A stretch of DNA of 63,871 bases, the filler included, from Octopus bimaculoides (taxonomy: Eukaryota), in assembly GCF_001194135.2 (NCBI RefSeq). It is 4 parts of 4 records of this genome, joined end to end, with 100 filler letters (N's around TTAATTAATTAA, not from the genome) between each part and the next. Parts side by side here need not be neighbours in the genome. Positions count along the whole stretch, not along the records: positions 52,645 to 62,604 come from NC_069010.1; positions 62,705 to 63,871 come from NW_026354860.1; 2 more parts are not named here. One strand, given 5' to 3'. The notes beneath the pieces were generated by a model, which worked only from the letters and a program-made list of their open reading frames with translations, was not told the DNA's origin and ran no database searches. A program made the position numbers and the translations under genes. Each line of letters begins with the position of its first letter. Within the stretch, counting starts at the first letter, position 1. Below, piece by piece: positions 62,299 to 63,871 of this stretch.

Positions 62299-63450
62299 GG
62301 ATGATAATGATGATTGCGAGGAGGAGGAGGATGACGATGATTGTGATGATTGCAATGGTGATGATGATGATGCTGATGATGATGATGCTGATGATGATGA
62401 TGATGATGATGATGGTGATGATGGTGGTGCTGGTGCTGATCATAATAATGTCAAGAATAACGATGACGATCATGATGACGATGATGACAATGACGGTGAT
62501 GACAATTATGATGATAAAAATGACGATAATAGCAAATACCAGCAACAACAACAGTAGTAGTGGTAGTAGTAGTAGTAGTAGTAGTAGTTGTAGTAGTAGT
62601 AGTANNNNNNNNNNNNNNNNNNNNNNNNNNNNNNNNNNNNNNNNNNNNTTAATTAATTAANNNNNNNNNNNNNNNNNNNNNNNNNNNNNNNNNNNNNNNN
62701 NNNNAACGATCTCGCTCGAATGCCTTTACACATGCCACCGGCACAAGTGCCAGGAAGTTGACCCTGGGTACAGGTGCCATCACGATTTCGCTATTATTAT
62801 AATTATCATTACTATTATTATTGTTGTTGTTGTTGTTTGTTGAGGCATGGAGCCGGCCAAATTGTTAGCACACTCGGCAAGATTCTTAGCGACAATTCTT
62901 CCAGTCTTAAGTCCTGAGTTCAAATTCTGCGACGGTTGACTGATGACCACCTCACAAAATTGCTGGTCGTGTGCCTGATTCAAAACCAATTAATGCCAGT
63001 TTCGTTATAGTGTAACCATGGTTACCATATATATATATATTATCTCTGAACAGCAACGGCCAAAAGAATGCGATGACGTAGATGCATATCACATTTATGT
63101 GTATAGATAGACACATGTGCATTCACACACATGCACGTGTGCGCACATATATGTATATGTATATAAACATAGACACACACAAACACACGCACACACAACA
63201 CACGCACACACGCATGCACATACACACACGTGTTCGCATGAAAATACACACACGCGTGCACATATGCACATATACACACACGTGCACGAATACACATATA
63301 CTTATGCTTGACATACACTTCCACATACACACATGCACATATACACACACATGCACATATACACACACACACACACACATAACACACAACACACACATGC
63401 ACACACTGACACATACACAGGCAAAGGCACACAAACACACACACTGTCAA

Positions 63451-63503
<53 letters not shown>

Positions 63504-63871
63504 TTTTCCCATACACATACGTACACATGCACACATATCCATATGCACACACACACACACACACACACATACACACATACACAGACATGCGAAATTGTGT
63601 TGGGAGTTACACCTAAGAGTAAACGAAAGAAGGAAGAGGAGAGGAGGAGGGGGGAGGAAGGAAATTGAAAGAAAGAATGAACTATAGAATGAAAGAGGGG
63701 AAGGAAGGAAAAGACTGAGAGGGCAGAAGGAAGAAAGGAAAGGAAGAAGGAAACGAAGGGGAAAAGAGAGGAAGAAGTAAAGAAAGAAAAGAAGGTGGAA
63801 AGGAAGAGAGAGAGGGGGGAGGGATGGAGGGAGAGAGAGAGAGGGAGAGAGAGAGAGAAAGGGAGAGAGAG
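61800..63871. repeat. Simple-repeat field: (CT)n, (GA)n, (CAA)n, (GAT)n, (TAA)n, (TAG)n, cryptic (CA/TA)n, terminal polypurine tract
   Basis: Directly visible. Source of the low-complexity ORFs in the track. Confidence 0.92.
62605..62704. other. Artificial scaffold join: 44 N + TTAATTAATTAA + 44 N
   Basis: Same construct as at 28361. Confidence 0.95.

Noticed and set aside
61904-63668. Poly-Ile/Met and Cys-Val/His-Thr ORFs
   Set aside because: Simple-sequence repeats.

Overview
AT-rich, repeat-dense eukaryotic genomic DNA from a draft assembly with many N gaps. The SINE/LINE families and microsatellite load look like an octopus (cephalopod) genome; this is inferred from repeat recognition and was not searched. 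Two protein-coding genes can be reconstructed by hand, and neither is complete in the ORF track. (1) A minus-strand, two-coding-exon, 335-aa class A (rhodopsin-like) GPCR (19076-18732 joined to 5569-4907 across a 13,162-bp phase-0 GT-AG intron). It keeps the 7TM scaffold but has lost most canonical activation microswitches. (2) A plus-strand OVCA2/FSH1-family serine hydrolase with six consecutive in-phase exons (32881-48408); the start-codon exon and the catalytic-His exon are not identifiable. The rest is tRNA-derived SINEs (at least 3 families), RTE-, CR1/L2-, L1/Tx1- and R4/Dong-type LINE fragments, three Tc1/mariner relics, MITEs, rolling-circle-like elements, a Gypsy integrase fragment and simple repeats. 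Repeat copies switch from CpG-intact (about 1-29 kb, GPCR side) to CpG-decayed (about 29-53 kb, OVCA2 gene body). Three artificial 44N-TTAATTAATTAA-44N joins split the window into four blocks whose adjacency is unproven. No rRNA, true tRNA gene or CRISPR array was seen. Most repeat boundaries are approximate.
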